From positions 13,268,001 to 13,332,000 of the forward strand of contig OX597816.1 of assembly GCA_951406725.2 (NCBI GenBank): 64,000 nt of DNA, read 5' to 3'. Below are positions 40,039 to 53,316 of the stretch, one piece after another. Positions within the stretch are counted from its first letter, which is position 1. Each line of letters starts with the position of its first letter. The translations under genes and the position numbers were made by a program. The stretch is from Octopus vulgaris. Lineage: Eukaryota. The notes below the pieces were generated by a model. That model saw nothing but the letters and a program-made list of their open reading frames with translations. It did not search any database and was not told where the DNA came from.

Positions 40039-40531
40039 AGTAAAAGCAATTAAGATTCAAGAGAGTTCTATTGAATTCACATGAATGCGGTACTTAACTT
40101 AGATGCACCAGAAATCTATATGGTATTAACCATAAAATATTGTGGGGTGATTATAAACAAGAAAAAAAGCAACAAGAATGGATTAGTTTTTTCAGTACAA
40201 TTGTTTCATACGAAGAACAGCTTTATTAAAAGCTGCAAATATTGCAGCAAATACAAGTGTCCCGTACTCATCAGCCAAAACACATATAAGACTGTGCATC
40301 ATTAGAGAACTTTGGAAGTCTGCTTAGAATCTAAATTTGCTTTTTATAGAACTATCTTCGATACTTCATGAGTGTAGCCTCACCCCCTAGGATGCTTGGA
40401 GAACTCATATGTGTTTTGGCTGATGAGTATGGGACACTTGTATTTGATGCAATATTTGCAGCTTTTAATAAAGCTGTTCTTCGCATGAAACAATTCTACT
40501 GAAAAATCTAATCCATTCTTGTTTTCTTGTT
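40039..40531. mobile_element. Fold-back element inserted in (TA)n, with hammerhead-bearing arms (~40170-40290 / ~40404-40523)
   Basis: Arms are reverse complements; leader GGTACTTAACTTAGATGCACCAGAA is shared, inverted, with ~52980-53008. Confidence 0.82.
40190..40280 (-). ncRNA. Type-I hammerhead ribozyme (canonical core)
   Basis: Minus strand: TTTTGG-CTGATGA-GTACGGGACA...TGTTCTTCGTAT-GAAAC-AATT-GTA-CTGAAA; stem I with G.U pairs; palindromic ACAATTGT. Confidence 0.75.
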
Positions 40532-42181
40532 ATATATATATATATATATATATATATTCATGCGTATACACACACATACATAAGTATACATATGAAAAAT
40601 GTGTTTGTGTGTGTGTTGATTTTGAGCGACAGATGCAACGTTACTTCAAAAGAGCTATCTGCATAATATATTTAAAGCAGATACCTCATTGACCACCTGA
40701 TAAAGTGCAGTATTTACCTCGACGTAATGTCTGATATAGACATAGAGTTAAAAAGCACAGAAATATATCAGTAGCTGGTAAGAATTCTCGAGCATCGGGA
40801 GTAGCATTGCAATCAAAGTATTTCTACTTCTTTCAGCTTTTCAGTAGCCAGTATCGACTAACAACCCTGCTATAACAAGATCGGTCTTTAACGATATAGA
40901 AAAAATGTCACTGAAAGACCACTGATATCGCTGTACAACGGCAGGCTGAATTAAAAATTCGTTATGAGAGACAAAATTATTATTAGTTTAAATTAAGAAT
41001 CAGTGTATCATACTCAAAGCAGAAATATTGTTGAAATCCTAATAAACTACTGTGTTCGTCTCAGGATAGCATCTTATATGGATGTACAGTATGAAAACAC
41101 AGAAATACATGAGTAGCATGCAAAATTCGTCCAGCAGCGGACAATTCGTCTATAAAAGATCTTATCTCTGGAAGAATACCACAGTTTATGGCTTTCAATG
41201 ATATATTTGCTTTAAGTATGGTATGCAGTTGTCCCTTGAACCAATAGTGCTTCAGTCGCTAATTCTGAATTGTAGATTAACCTGCTGGCTAATTGCGGCA
41301 ACTGATTTTTCAATGGTTGTTTCTCTATAATAGCAGTTGCTGATTTTATCACAGCATGCCGTTATCAGTGGATACTGATTACTGACGAAGCGCAAAGAGA
41401 GAGAAATGCGCATTTAGTAATGCCACCACCACAGCTACACCATTTCCGTTTACTACTGATATACTTCTGTGTTTTTAATACTATGGGTGTATAACAGATG
41501 CCACCTCGAAGCTAATACCGCAGATTATGTAGTTTCCAGTTATGTATCTGCTCAATGTATGATGTACAGATTGATATACAAAACAATATATAGACAGAAG
41601 AACAGAGAAAGAAATGCATATGCATGCACGCATGCGTACGCGTGTGCATCTCTATATGATTGTGTGTGATGTGTGTATGCGCGTATGTACAATTTGTCTC
41701 TTATACAAAGACTAAAAGTTTAATAGCCCACTCCACCCGAAAGAAAATCTTCACACATCCTGTATGTACTGTCTGAACATGTTTATCGTTCGTCACTTTA
41801 ATTCCATTTTCTTACATCGCCTATTCCCTCTTTACCATAATTGTCTCACCAGTATCTCTGCTATCATTTACTATTTTTAGCTTTACTTCTGATTGTTTCT
41901 CATATATTTCTTCATTTTTCTGAGATATTGTCCATATGTTAAAATTCTTTGCCAAGATATTGTTTCTCTCCTATTAGCAGCAGTTTAACTGTTTCCCTCA
42001 AATTTATTGATTTTTCTTCTGCCTTGGGATTTTTTTTCTTTTGTCTGACTTAAAATTTCCCGTGTATAGTTTATCTCATACAAAACTGAGTATTATGTAT
42101 AAAACCTGAGACTGGGGTTACATTTTCAGTGCATATCACACAATTAAGTTAACTTCCAATACTTATATAAGAATTATACAT

Positions 42182-42338
42182 AGGCGTAGGAGTGGCTGTG
42201 TGGTAAGTAGCTTGCTTACCAATCACATGGTTCTAGGTTCAGTCCCACTGCTTGGTACCTTGGGCAAGTATCTTCTACGATAGCCTTGTGAGTGGAGTTG
42301 GTAGACGGAAACTGAAAGAAGCCCGTCGTATATATATT

Positions 42339-42388
<50 letters not shown>

Positions 42389-42641
42389 TATATATATATA
42401 TATATATATATATATGCGTGTGTATATGTTTGTGTGTCTGTGTTTGTACCTCCTGCATCGCTTGACAACCGATGCTGGTGTGCCTACGTCCCTGTAACTT
42501 AGCAGTTCGGCAATAGAGACCGATAGAACACGTTTTAGGCTTACAAAGAATAAATCCTGGGGTCGATTTGCTCGACTAAAGGCGGTGTTCCAGCATGGCC
42601 GCAGTCAAATGACTGAAACAAGTAAAAGGGTAAAAGAGAGT
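42182..42641 (+). mobile_element. SINE family A, full length
   Basis: Head-to-tail match. Confidence 0.92.
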
Positions 42642-42989
42642 AAGAGCGTATATACACAGACAATAACCCTTTTACTGCACTATTTGTACTAAGGTAAGAT
42701 CTCTTGTACATTTAATGTCAAAAACATAATAAATAGATATAAGCGGGGCGAACGTTCATCCAAGCAGCGGCCAGCAAAAGCGTCAGCTGCATTTCGGCCT
42801 TTCTGGATCCTCTCAATGGCGTGCACTCACAACTAACACACTCTCAGATGAGAATTCGTCGTCTCTGATCAAAGGAAAAGTGAATAAATCTTTCATTGAT
42901 GTGGCAAATGTCCACCCGGCTTATACGCAATATCCGGTATACGCAATATAGTAATTAATTAAAATAGTCATATATGTGTCATACTTAAT

Positions 42990-43566
42990 TTTTTCTACTA
43001 CAGGCACAAGGCCTGAAATTTGGGGGAGGGGGATAGTCGATTTCATCGAATGCAGTGCGCAACTGGTATTCATTTAATCGACCCCGAAAGGATGAAAGAC
43101 AAAGTTGACCTCAGCGGAATTTGAACCCAGAACGTAACGCAGACGAAATACCTATTTCTTTACTACCCACAAGGGGCTAAACACAGAGGGGACAAACAAG
43201 GACAGACAGACGGATTAAGTCGATTACATCGACCCCAGTGCGTAACTGGTACTTATATAATCGACCCCGAAAGGATGAAAGGCAAAGTCAACCTCGGTGG
43301 AATTTGAACTCAGAACGTAGAGACATACGAAATACCTATTTCTTTATTACCCACAAGGGGCTAAATATAGAGGGGACAAACAAGGACAGACATAGGTATT
43401 ACGTCGATTATATCGACCCCAGTGCGTAACTGGTACTTAATTTATCGACCCCGAAAGGATGAAAGGCAAAGTCGACTTCGGCGGAATTTGAACTCACAAC
43501 GTAACGACAGACGAAATACGGCTACGCATTATTTCGCCCGGCGTGCTAACGTTTCTGCCAGCTCGC
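42990..43566 (-). mobile_element. SINE family B trimer
   Basis: Head, two tail-1 units and a tail-2 unit on the minus strand. Confidence 0.9.
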
Positions 43567-43729
43567 AGACTTATGTGTCATACTTAATTGTATACACACC
43601 GTCGATAGGTCAGTTACGGCAGAATTTGTCTTGAGATAAGTCTTGTAGACTTGGTGATATTTATTGTGGTTTTAAACATGTTATCTCATGACAAATATTG
43701 CAGTAAGTTGCCTATCAGATATTGTTACA

Positions 43730-43998
43730 CATCACGGGTCACAATGTATTTTGCATCGTATTTTCGAATGATGCCACTCCGAACGCAAGGCGAATAGGCC
43801 AACATTCCCCAGCACTACCACCACCACATCGGAATGCTAGTCCATCGCAGGGTGTACCCATTTAAATCTGAGTGGACTGGAGCAACGTGAAATGAGGTGT
43901 TTTGCTGAAGAACACAAGGCATAACCGATCTGGGAATCGAAACCACAATCTCGCGATCGTGCGTCAAACGCCTCTAACAACCAGGCCACGCACCTTCG
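43730..43998 (-). mobile_element. SINE family C (subtype C3)
   Basis: Reverse complement tRNA-like head (GGTTTCGATTCCC), CTGAGTGGACTGGAGCAACGTGAAAT block. Confidence 0.75.
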
Positions 43999-44509
43999 CA
44001 CTTCTCAGAAACAGGAGAATAAATGCAACCAATGAAATGCTAATAATTTTGTAATATAATTTTTGTGATATAAACGACAGTGGTCGTTTCGTCGAATTCC
44101 ATATTTCTTACGTATTTTATATTCTTGTATTCTTTTAATTGTTTCAGTAGACTAAGGCCATGCTGGGGCATCACCTTGAAGAATTTCAGTCGGATGAATT
44201 GGCCCCAGTGCACACAAAAAGGTCACTGTCTTTCATCTCGATCGTTACATTCTTCCTTAAATCTCTTTCGAGTCTTACTTGGGTTATCCTGGCCTCTTCA
44301 AATGCTTTTACTCCACTCCACACCTTTGTTCACCATTCAACTCGATCGGAAGCAAGGTGTCTATATCTTCTGGAACCATTCCGAATGACTTCATAGTAGT
44401 TTTTATGCCGTTCTTAAGCCTTTTTTTATATATCGTTTTTTTCTTTTTTTTTGGGTGGGGGGACATAAATTCGGAGAAGAAGCACACTCTAAGTAGTAGA
44501 GCAGTCTAC

Positions 44510-44817
44510 ATTTATTACTGGTGAAGGCTGGTTTATTAGGTTACCCGGGGTTTCTCGTCATAAAGGGTACCTTTACGGCGTATCTTCAGACCCAAAGATC
44601 TGTTGGCCTATGGCCTCTTCAAAATATGGAGCGGGAGACGATACAGGTATAAACAATGGGGATTATAAACAACGAGGGAAACGATACATTGTATATATCT
44701 GTATCATTCTACCTCCCTATGTTAAAGAGGCCATAGGATAACAGATCTTAGGGTCTGTACCCTTTATAACGAGAAACTCAGGGTAATACTATAAATCGGC
44801 CTTCACCAGTAATAAAT
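44510..44817. repeat. Fold-back element (arms 44510-44658 / 44687-44817)
   Basis: ATTTATTACTGGTGAAGGC... mirrors ...GCCTTCACCAGTAATAAAT. Confidence 0.85.
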
Positions 44818-45366
44818 AAATAAATGAATATATATATATATATATATATAGCTGAGTGTGTGTATGCGTGTGTTTATGCGTATATGTGTAAGTGTATGCG
44901 TTTGTGGGTGCATGTGTGTATGTGTGTGTAGCGGGGTTGCACAGTTAATATGATGAAATTATGAACCATGGCCCTTCTATTCCGCTGTCATATTCATTCA
45001 GTCGTTTCGACTCTTACCTTTGAAAAGAAAATTTTCCACATCTAATTCCCAGATATGTCACGCTCTCGAGAACGGTTAAGTTATATGATAACGTTTTAAC
45101 TGATATTTTTCCTTTCCTTAAGCTTTATAATTAGCTTTCTACTTTGATCTATTGTATAGATTGCTCGTATAAATATATGTATATATACATATATTTACAT
45201 ATGTGTATATATATATATATATATATAAAAACGTATGTATGTGTACATGCATATATAATATAACTCTTTATATATTAGATTAATAAACAACTTCACACAA
45301 ATAAGTATACATGCATACATATGTATATGCGTATGTATACATAGATTGAGATATAAATACATACAT

Positions 45367-45423
<57 letters not shown>

Positions 45424-45765
45424 TACTTTGAAAAGGATGCATGACGTTCGATCATATAATGATATATATAATATAAATATAATAATATTATTTATATTAT
45501 ATTATATATATATATATAGTTGTTTGTTTGTATATACTCACACAACCACACACCTATACGTGTGTCTATATGGATGCCGGCATGAATATGTAAATATATG
45601 TAAATATGCGTGTGTATTTGTGTGTGTGTGTGTGTGTTAGAGTGTAGTTAGCAATAAATATTCTTATCAATGTATAAATATGCGTGTATGTATAGACGTA
45701 TATGTTTATACATGTAAGCATGTTAAGATATACAGATAGCTGCATACCTTTAGGCATATGTGCGA

Positions 45766-46275
<510 letters not shown>

Positions 46276-47077
46276 CACATAAACCCTTCCCTCGTGGTAG
46301 GGATATTCTGTAAGCTACTTTACTTATCCGTCATTGATTGCTTCTTAGAATTCATTCGCCTAATTCCAATAATATTCTTTCGTTATGATCCAACTACATC
46401 CAACGAAGAGTCGCTTTATATAATCATAAAAATGGGAAACCTCCTCTTATTGATTGCATTTCAGCAGAAACGCTCATAATAACTCTACGTTATATAAACA
46501 GACCAATACCTGTTGCCAAGCGGCGATGGTTGGGTCAAACACAAACACAAACACAAATACACACATGCTGATATATATATATATATATAGTGAGAATTTA
46601 CAAAAAAAATAGACGAAGACGAGTGTGTAAACAACAAACAGATGTATTAGTTTAACGCTCGGGAAATGAGAAAGTCTTTTATGTTTCGAGCCTACGCTCT
46701 TCGACAGAAAGGAACACAGAAATAAACAGAGAGAGAACATAGAAAATAGAAAATAGAAAAAGTTTTAGTGGCTAGCGATCTATCATGGTGAATGACTTTC
46801 GTCTGCAAAATTCCGTGCCAAAGCATTGGTCGGACCGGAGCTATTGCATAAGACACTCTAAGATCTATAGAGTAAGACTGGACCCGTAACTAGGCAATTA
46901 CAAACCGAACTTCTGAACCACGCAGTATTTCTTGCGCCTATGTGCCCCCATACTTCTTTCCAAATTGAATTTATATTTCTGTTATTTTGTGAAATAACTT
47001 TTGAAGGAAAGTGATATTCACTTGAAAAAGTTTCGATTCGTGGACACCATCAAGAAAAATCTAATCACGGTTTAAGA

Positions 47078-47370
47078 GGGGCTTGGTGATTATGAAGCTT
47101 GCTTCCCAACAACATGTTTCCGGGTTCAGGCCCACTGCGTGGCATCTTGAAATAATATCTTCTACTATATCCTCGGGTCAACCAAAGCCTTGTGAGTGGA
47201 TTTGGTAGGCGGAAACTGAACGAAGCCCATCGTATATGTATGCGTGTGTGTGTCTCTGTTTGTCCCTACACCATCACTTGACAACCGATGTTGGTGTGTT
47301 TACGTGTCCGTAACTTGGCAGTTCGGCAAAAGTGACCGATAGAATAAGTACTAGGCTTACGAAGAATAAT
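47078..47370 (+). mobile_element. SINE family A lacking its tail
   Basis: Head and body match. Confidence 0.82.
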
Positions 47371-47443
47371 TATTTACATTATTTACATTTGACGGGTATT
47401 TGTCCGTGTTCGATTCCAATCAGTTATTATTATTATTATTATT

Positions 47444-47778
47444 GAGTGAGAGAGCAGTTCATGCCATCAAAGTGACACTGGGGTAAAATATACGAAGCCC
47501 AATATACCCATCATGACTACCCGTCTGATAAGGGTACACCAGGCACATGCATCACAACCATATGTGCGCGACATGGTGATCTCATATCAAGATAAACAGC
47601 GCATGACCTTGCAGGTGGGGCCCAGTTAGAATTTTCTTCAGGTTGAGTAGCCCATCCCGCTCAAAAAGTCCCTGAATAAGAGTTGTTTAAGGATGTTGAA
47701 AGAACCACCCATGTTTCCAGAGGTGAATTATTCAAACCCCAAAGAATCCCTCTCAGCACATGGCTATGATGCTCCCCC
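47444..47778 (+). mobile_element. Unclassified repeat family D embedded in (ATT)n
   Basis: Near-identical to the reverse complement of ~62285-62617 and to pieces of 55279-55478. Confidence 0.8.
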
Positions 47779-47812
47779 ATTATTATTACTTCCCCCATTA
47801 TTATTATTATTA

Positions 47813-47868
<56 letters not shown>

Positions 47869-48074
47869 ATAATAATAATAATAATAATAACATCGAAAAA
47901 TACCTTAGGAATGAGAACCCAGATGTTGCTGATGCGTATACTAAAAATAAATGTGAACAACCAGGTGCAATGTGAAACCAAAAAGGAAAAATTTAATCGT
48001 CACTAAGTGTGACTAAGGATGCCGAAGCAACTGTATTGCTAGAAATAAGAGTTAAAATATTCATAATGTTTCTA

Positions 48075-48458
48075 TCACACGACGCGTCACTTTGCGCAGG
48101 TATTTTCAACTCTATCCTCGAGCTGACCAAAGCGTTGTGAATGAGTTTGTTAGGCAGTCGTGAATGAATCTGAACTTGGTAAGCGTTGTGAATGAATCTG
48201 AAAGAAGAGTGTCGTACATGTGTGTGTGTGTGTGTGTGTGTTTGCGTATTTGTGTCCGTGTTTCTCCACCGTCACCAACTAACAACAGGTTTTGGTATGT
48301 TTATGTCCCTATAACTTAACAGTTCGGCAAAACAGACCGTTAGAATAAGTAGCACACTTTAACATTATAAGTACTGGGGGCGATTCGTTCGATTAAAATT
48401 TTTTAAGGCAGTGCACCAGCATGGCCGCAGTCTAAGGACTGAGACCAATAACAGATAA
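48075..48458 (+). mobile_element. SINE family A, old and degenerate
   Basis: GTTCGGCAAAACAGACCG...GCACCAGCATGGCCGCAG tail. Confidence 0.65.
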
Positions 48459-48646
48459 ACTATAAAAAGCACGATGTATACGTAAGCATAGAGACACACA
48501 TAAACACAAACATATAATGTATAAATATTTACGTATACACACATACAAGTATAAAATATATACGTGTGCATGTGTGTGTGTGTGTGCGCGCGCGCGTGTG
48601 TGCGTGCGTATGTGTGTGCGTATGTGTGTATGTATATATATTTATA

Positions 48647-48752
48647 CGAGGAGTGTATGAGAAATCTTGAGCCTTGAAGTCTTGTGCTTTCATTAGAAGT
48701 CTTGTACCATGTTTTGCTTTTTTGAGACTCAAGAGTTTTCATACACCCCTCG
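48647..48752. mobile_element. ~106-bp mariner-type MITE
   Basis: TIR CGAGGAGTGTATGAGAAATCTTGAG vs CTCAAGAGTTTTCATACACCCCTCG; TA on the left, TG on the right. Confidence 0.65.
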
Positions 48753-48897
48753 TGTGTGTTTGTGTATATATATATATATATATATATATACATACATAAG
48801 GGTGAAAAATTGAATATCAATTTGATTAATATCAATTTAAAACCTGTGGTCTAGCATATAGAAAAATCTGAAGATTCAGAAAAATTATATTACATAC

Positions 48898-49036
48898 ATA
48901 TAAGGGGGATGACCACTAGGTGGACATGCATTATTCTAGAGGTAGACCCCATATGGTTTGACCACTAAGAAAGGAATGTTCTCAATAAAATTTAGCAGGC
49001 GTATGGGTGTCCATTTAGTGGTCATCTCTCTTATAT
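48898..49036. repeat. Short fold-back element
   Basis: ATAAGGGGGATGACCACTAGGTGGACA mirrors TGTCCATTTAGTGGTCATCTCTCTTAT. Confidence 0.7.
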
Positions 49037-49977
49037 ATATATATATATATATATTAATAAATGAAATAAAACATATGCATATATATAAACATATATGTAC
49101 GTACCTACCTCTACATGTACATATACACGCATATATGAGTACAGGACACCAAAGGGATGTCGAACACAAAGAGAAACGAAAACATAGACACAAACCAAAG
49201 GAACTGGACATTTTTTAAAAAACAACAAAAAATGGAGTACAGGACAATTAACACAAAGAAAAAACCCCTTCTTCAGTCGCTATGGTTTCATCTACTCTAC
49301 GTTTCGAAGGATAAAAGCGAGACGTATCTTCGACAAGAAACTTTCCTTCCTGCGAAAAGCAAATCAATTAAAATTCTGAGATCTTTTCACAGAGGGGTAA
49401 AAAATGGTAAAAAAATGGTAAAAAAACAGGACAGTAACGACAGTACAAAAATATAAACAGTAAAAGACAGGACAGGGAAAAACAAGATAAGAAGGGCTGT
49501 TGACGCCGAACGAAAAAAGTATTGCAAACGCAGAATTTTTTGTGTGAACGACAGGTGAGCAGGAAGAATGTCGTCCAGTTAACTTGAAAGGCCAGGCCAG
49601 AAAGACAGTCAGAGCGGAAGTATCGTCACGGGTGGACGACGGGAAGGGGGGAGGAGGAGCAAGAGGAAGGGAGAGAAGAAGGGGAATGGCTGCGAGGAAA
49701 CCATGAAGAATGGTTGGGGGGAGAGAGAGAGTGAAGAATGAGAGAGAGAGGAAGAGACAAGTTAAGTAGAGGAAAAAGAAAATCAAAGAATAAGGATGGG
49801 ACAGAAAGGTGAAGAGTGCGCGTCAGAGTTAATATCAAGACCAAAACTATACATATATATATGTATGTATACATACATTCATATACGTATCATATATATA
49901 TATATACATAAATACACATACATGAATATATAATTACAAGTACATATATGTATATATATACATTTATATATGATATA

Positions 49978-50025
<48 letters not shown>

Positions 50026-50584
50026 GCTGAAATAGAATAAAACAATCTAAGCACACAAGGAAATACAAATGCAATATGCTTCATAAATCGTATACCTGTG
50101 AATGCCTATATCATATTATACTTCTATGTACAAGTCTGCGTGTGTAAATAGTATCTTTAAAATATTAAATATTAAAGTTATGAAAAGAAAAAGTTACACA
50201 ATAAACATTTTCATCGTTGACGTACACCACTCTGAGTTTTTCAAAGCATTGATACGTGAAAATAGGACATTTCTAAAGATTATGAATATTTTAAAAGTGT
50301 TTTTATGCTCTATTATATTGAAATATTTTTCCTTTGCTTTTTCTCATATAATAAACACACAAGAACAGGCAGGGATGCGTTGCTAGAGCAGCTAGCATTC
50401 CAAATCATATACTTAAATGCCTACATATCTCAGTGATATTCACAGACGTATGAACCAACGTATTAAATTAAAATGTGTGCGGGCATGTATGAATAAACGC
50501 ACACGTGTGTGTGTGTGTGTTTGTATGTATGTATGAATATGCAGCTTTCTTAATCTTTCTGTCAATCTCTCCCTCTATCTCTCC

Positions 50585-50642
<58 letters not shown>

Positions 50643-50693
50643 TAAAATGTACATACACACAACACACATGTACATATATATATATTTACACAC

Positions 50694-50770
<77 letters not shown>

Positions 50771-50900
50771 ATATATATATATATATGCGTTGGTTGTATA
50801 TGTTTATATACTAATATATACACATATACATGTATAAATATATATATATGTATGAAGGTATATGTGTGTATACACATATATTCATACAAACATATCTATA

Positions 50901-50948
<48 letters not shown>

Positions 50949-50986
50949 TACATTCTTGCACTCATACGTACATGAATACATGATTG

Positions 50987-51031
<45 letters not shown>

Positions 51032-51817
51032 CATACATATCACTAACAAAAAAGCATTATGCATGTCTGTATGAATATATAAACACTTGTATACATAAAC
51101 CCATACAGATATACATACATAATTATCTACACGCATACAGCGACGCCTACGCACCACATACACACACACATACTAAGAAGACACACAGACACGCAAACAC
51201 TCACGATTCTCAAATACCGAAATGCAGAAGACAGACGACCAGATGTTCGCGTGATGTTGATAAACCTATTAGCAGATAGCTAGCTACAAATGCAGTCATT
51301 CAGCCGAAAGCCTTCCATCTTGATGTGAATCTAAGAAATCCTATATCGATGCCACTGTCGTGATATTTTTTTTCCGTTTCTTCTTCCAATTTTTTTTTTT
51401 AGTGTTTTAATTTTTTTTTTTGCCTTTTGCTTTGGTTGATAGTTTTATTATTTTTTTTAATTTTTATCCGTCTTTTTTTTTTCTTTTTTTCTTTTTTGAC
51501 TCCAGTAATATCGGCAAAGCACAAAGGATCCATTAAGAAAACATCCGGTGATAAACATACAACGGAGATTCACAACGTTTAAATAACAATCTATGAAAAA
51601 TTGATCGATTTATTTGCATGATTATGTGTGCGAGGTATCAAATAAAAAAGAAAGAAGAAAATAAAAAAGAAACAAGAGAGAGAAAGAAAGAAAGAAAGGA
51701 ACCAACAATGAACATGAAAATCACACACACACACACACATACACACACGCAAAAACAGTTTACACACGCACATACACACATATATATAAGCGATGATCGT
51801 GCGTATACGTCACATAT

Positions 51818-51887
<70 letters not shown>

Positions 51888-52408
51888 CTACTGAAATATA
51901 TATAAAAAAAGACAGCAATATATGAAGAAGCTAAAACCAAATAAAAGAAAAATAACAAAACGTAGGAAGACGTAAATCGTTTGAGTTCTTTTAGAATTTA
52001 CACTTGGCTGATTTCAAAACCAGCTCAGCGTAACTGATATTTAGTTATTCATATGTTTTTGTAAGCATTGTGCTGTTAGATGTCATTGGTACTGAGTTGT
52101 TTTTTGTTTTTTGTTTTAGTTTTTTTTTTTTGTCATTCCTTCTTTCTTTGTTGCGTTTATTTTTCTTTCAGTTTTTGCAGCAGATTCTGGGTTTTTTTAA
52201 TTTTCGTTCTGCATCTTTTTAGTTATCCTCCGTCAAGTTCTGCAATATAAAAGTATGCAGTTTTGGGTGCATCACACCAAAGTGCTAAAGATGCACATAT
52301 TCGAAATGCTGCATGTGTATCAATTTCAATACAAAAAATAAATACATTAATAGATAAATAGCTAGATGGACAAAAGAACAAAGAAATTGGCATGCAGACA
52401 GGAAGATT

Positions 52409-52487
<79 letters not shown>

Positions 52488-52495
52488 TATGTTCA

Positions 52496-52532
<37 letters not shown>

Positions 52533-52595
52533 ATATATATATATATTTATATATTTATTTATATATATATATATATATATGTGTGTGTATGTATA

Positions 52596-53035
52596 TATAA
52601 CCAAAAAATAAGCAACAAGAATGGATCAGCCTAAAATTTATATCCACATCTTTATGAGTATATTTACCTTCTCTGGGATGACACCAATTAATTTGAGAAC
52701 TTTGTATTGTTGGTAAGAATATATGGTCTGCTTGGAATCTTGCTTCAAGTTCCTGGGGCTCACATCTATAACTTTATAAGTATATTTACACTATCTAAGA
52801 TGTTTGTAAAACCTATATGAAATTAGCTGAAGATTACTTAACATTATATTTGCTGTAATATTTGCAGCTTTAATAAATTGTTATAGTATGAAACAATTGT
52901 ACTAAACTACTGATCCATTCTTGTTGCTTATTTTTTGGTTATAATCACCCCACATAATTTTATGGGTAATGCCATAAAAAATTCTGGTGCATCTAAGTTA
53001 AGTACCATATTTATTTGAATCTAAATTGTTTTTGT
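52596..53035. mobile_element. Second copy of the 40039 fold-back family (opposite orientation) in (TA)n
   Basis: Perfect 34-bp inverted repeat 52596-52629 / 52910-52943; leader homologous to 40039-40160. Confidence 0.8.
52823..52905 (+). ncRNA. Type-I hammerhead motif
   Basis: TTAG-CTGAAGA-TTACTTAACA...TGTTATAGTAT-GAAAC-AATT-GTA-CTAA; intact core, stem II closing pair is U.U. Confidence 0.65.
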
Positions 53036-53046
53036 ATGTATGTATG

Positions 53047-53176
<130 letters not shown>

Positions 53177-53273
53177 CTGGTGGTGGTCGAAATAGTACAG
53201 AAGTAAATCTGAGACATTTCAATTTAGAAAGAATTTAATAAAATCATTTTAAAATTATACAGGGAAAATATAG

Positions 53274-53316
53274 AATATTACCGGTTTCGATGATGAATCT
53301 CATCCTATCAAATATT
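53274..53316 (-). ncRNA. Minimal hammerhead scaffold, degenerate core
   Basis: Minus strand: AATAT-TTGATAG-GATGA-gattca-TCATC-GAAAC-CG-GTA-ATATT; stems I and II perfect. Confidence 0.5.
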
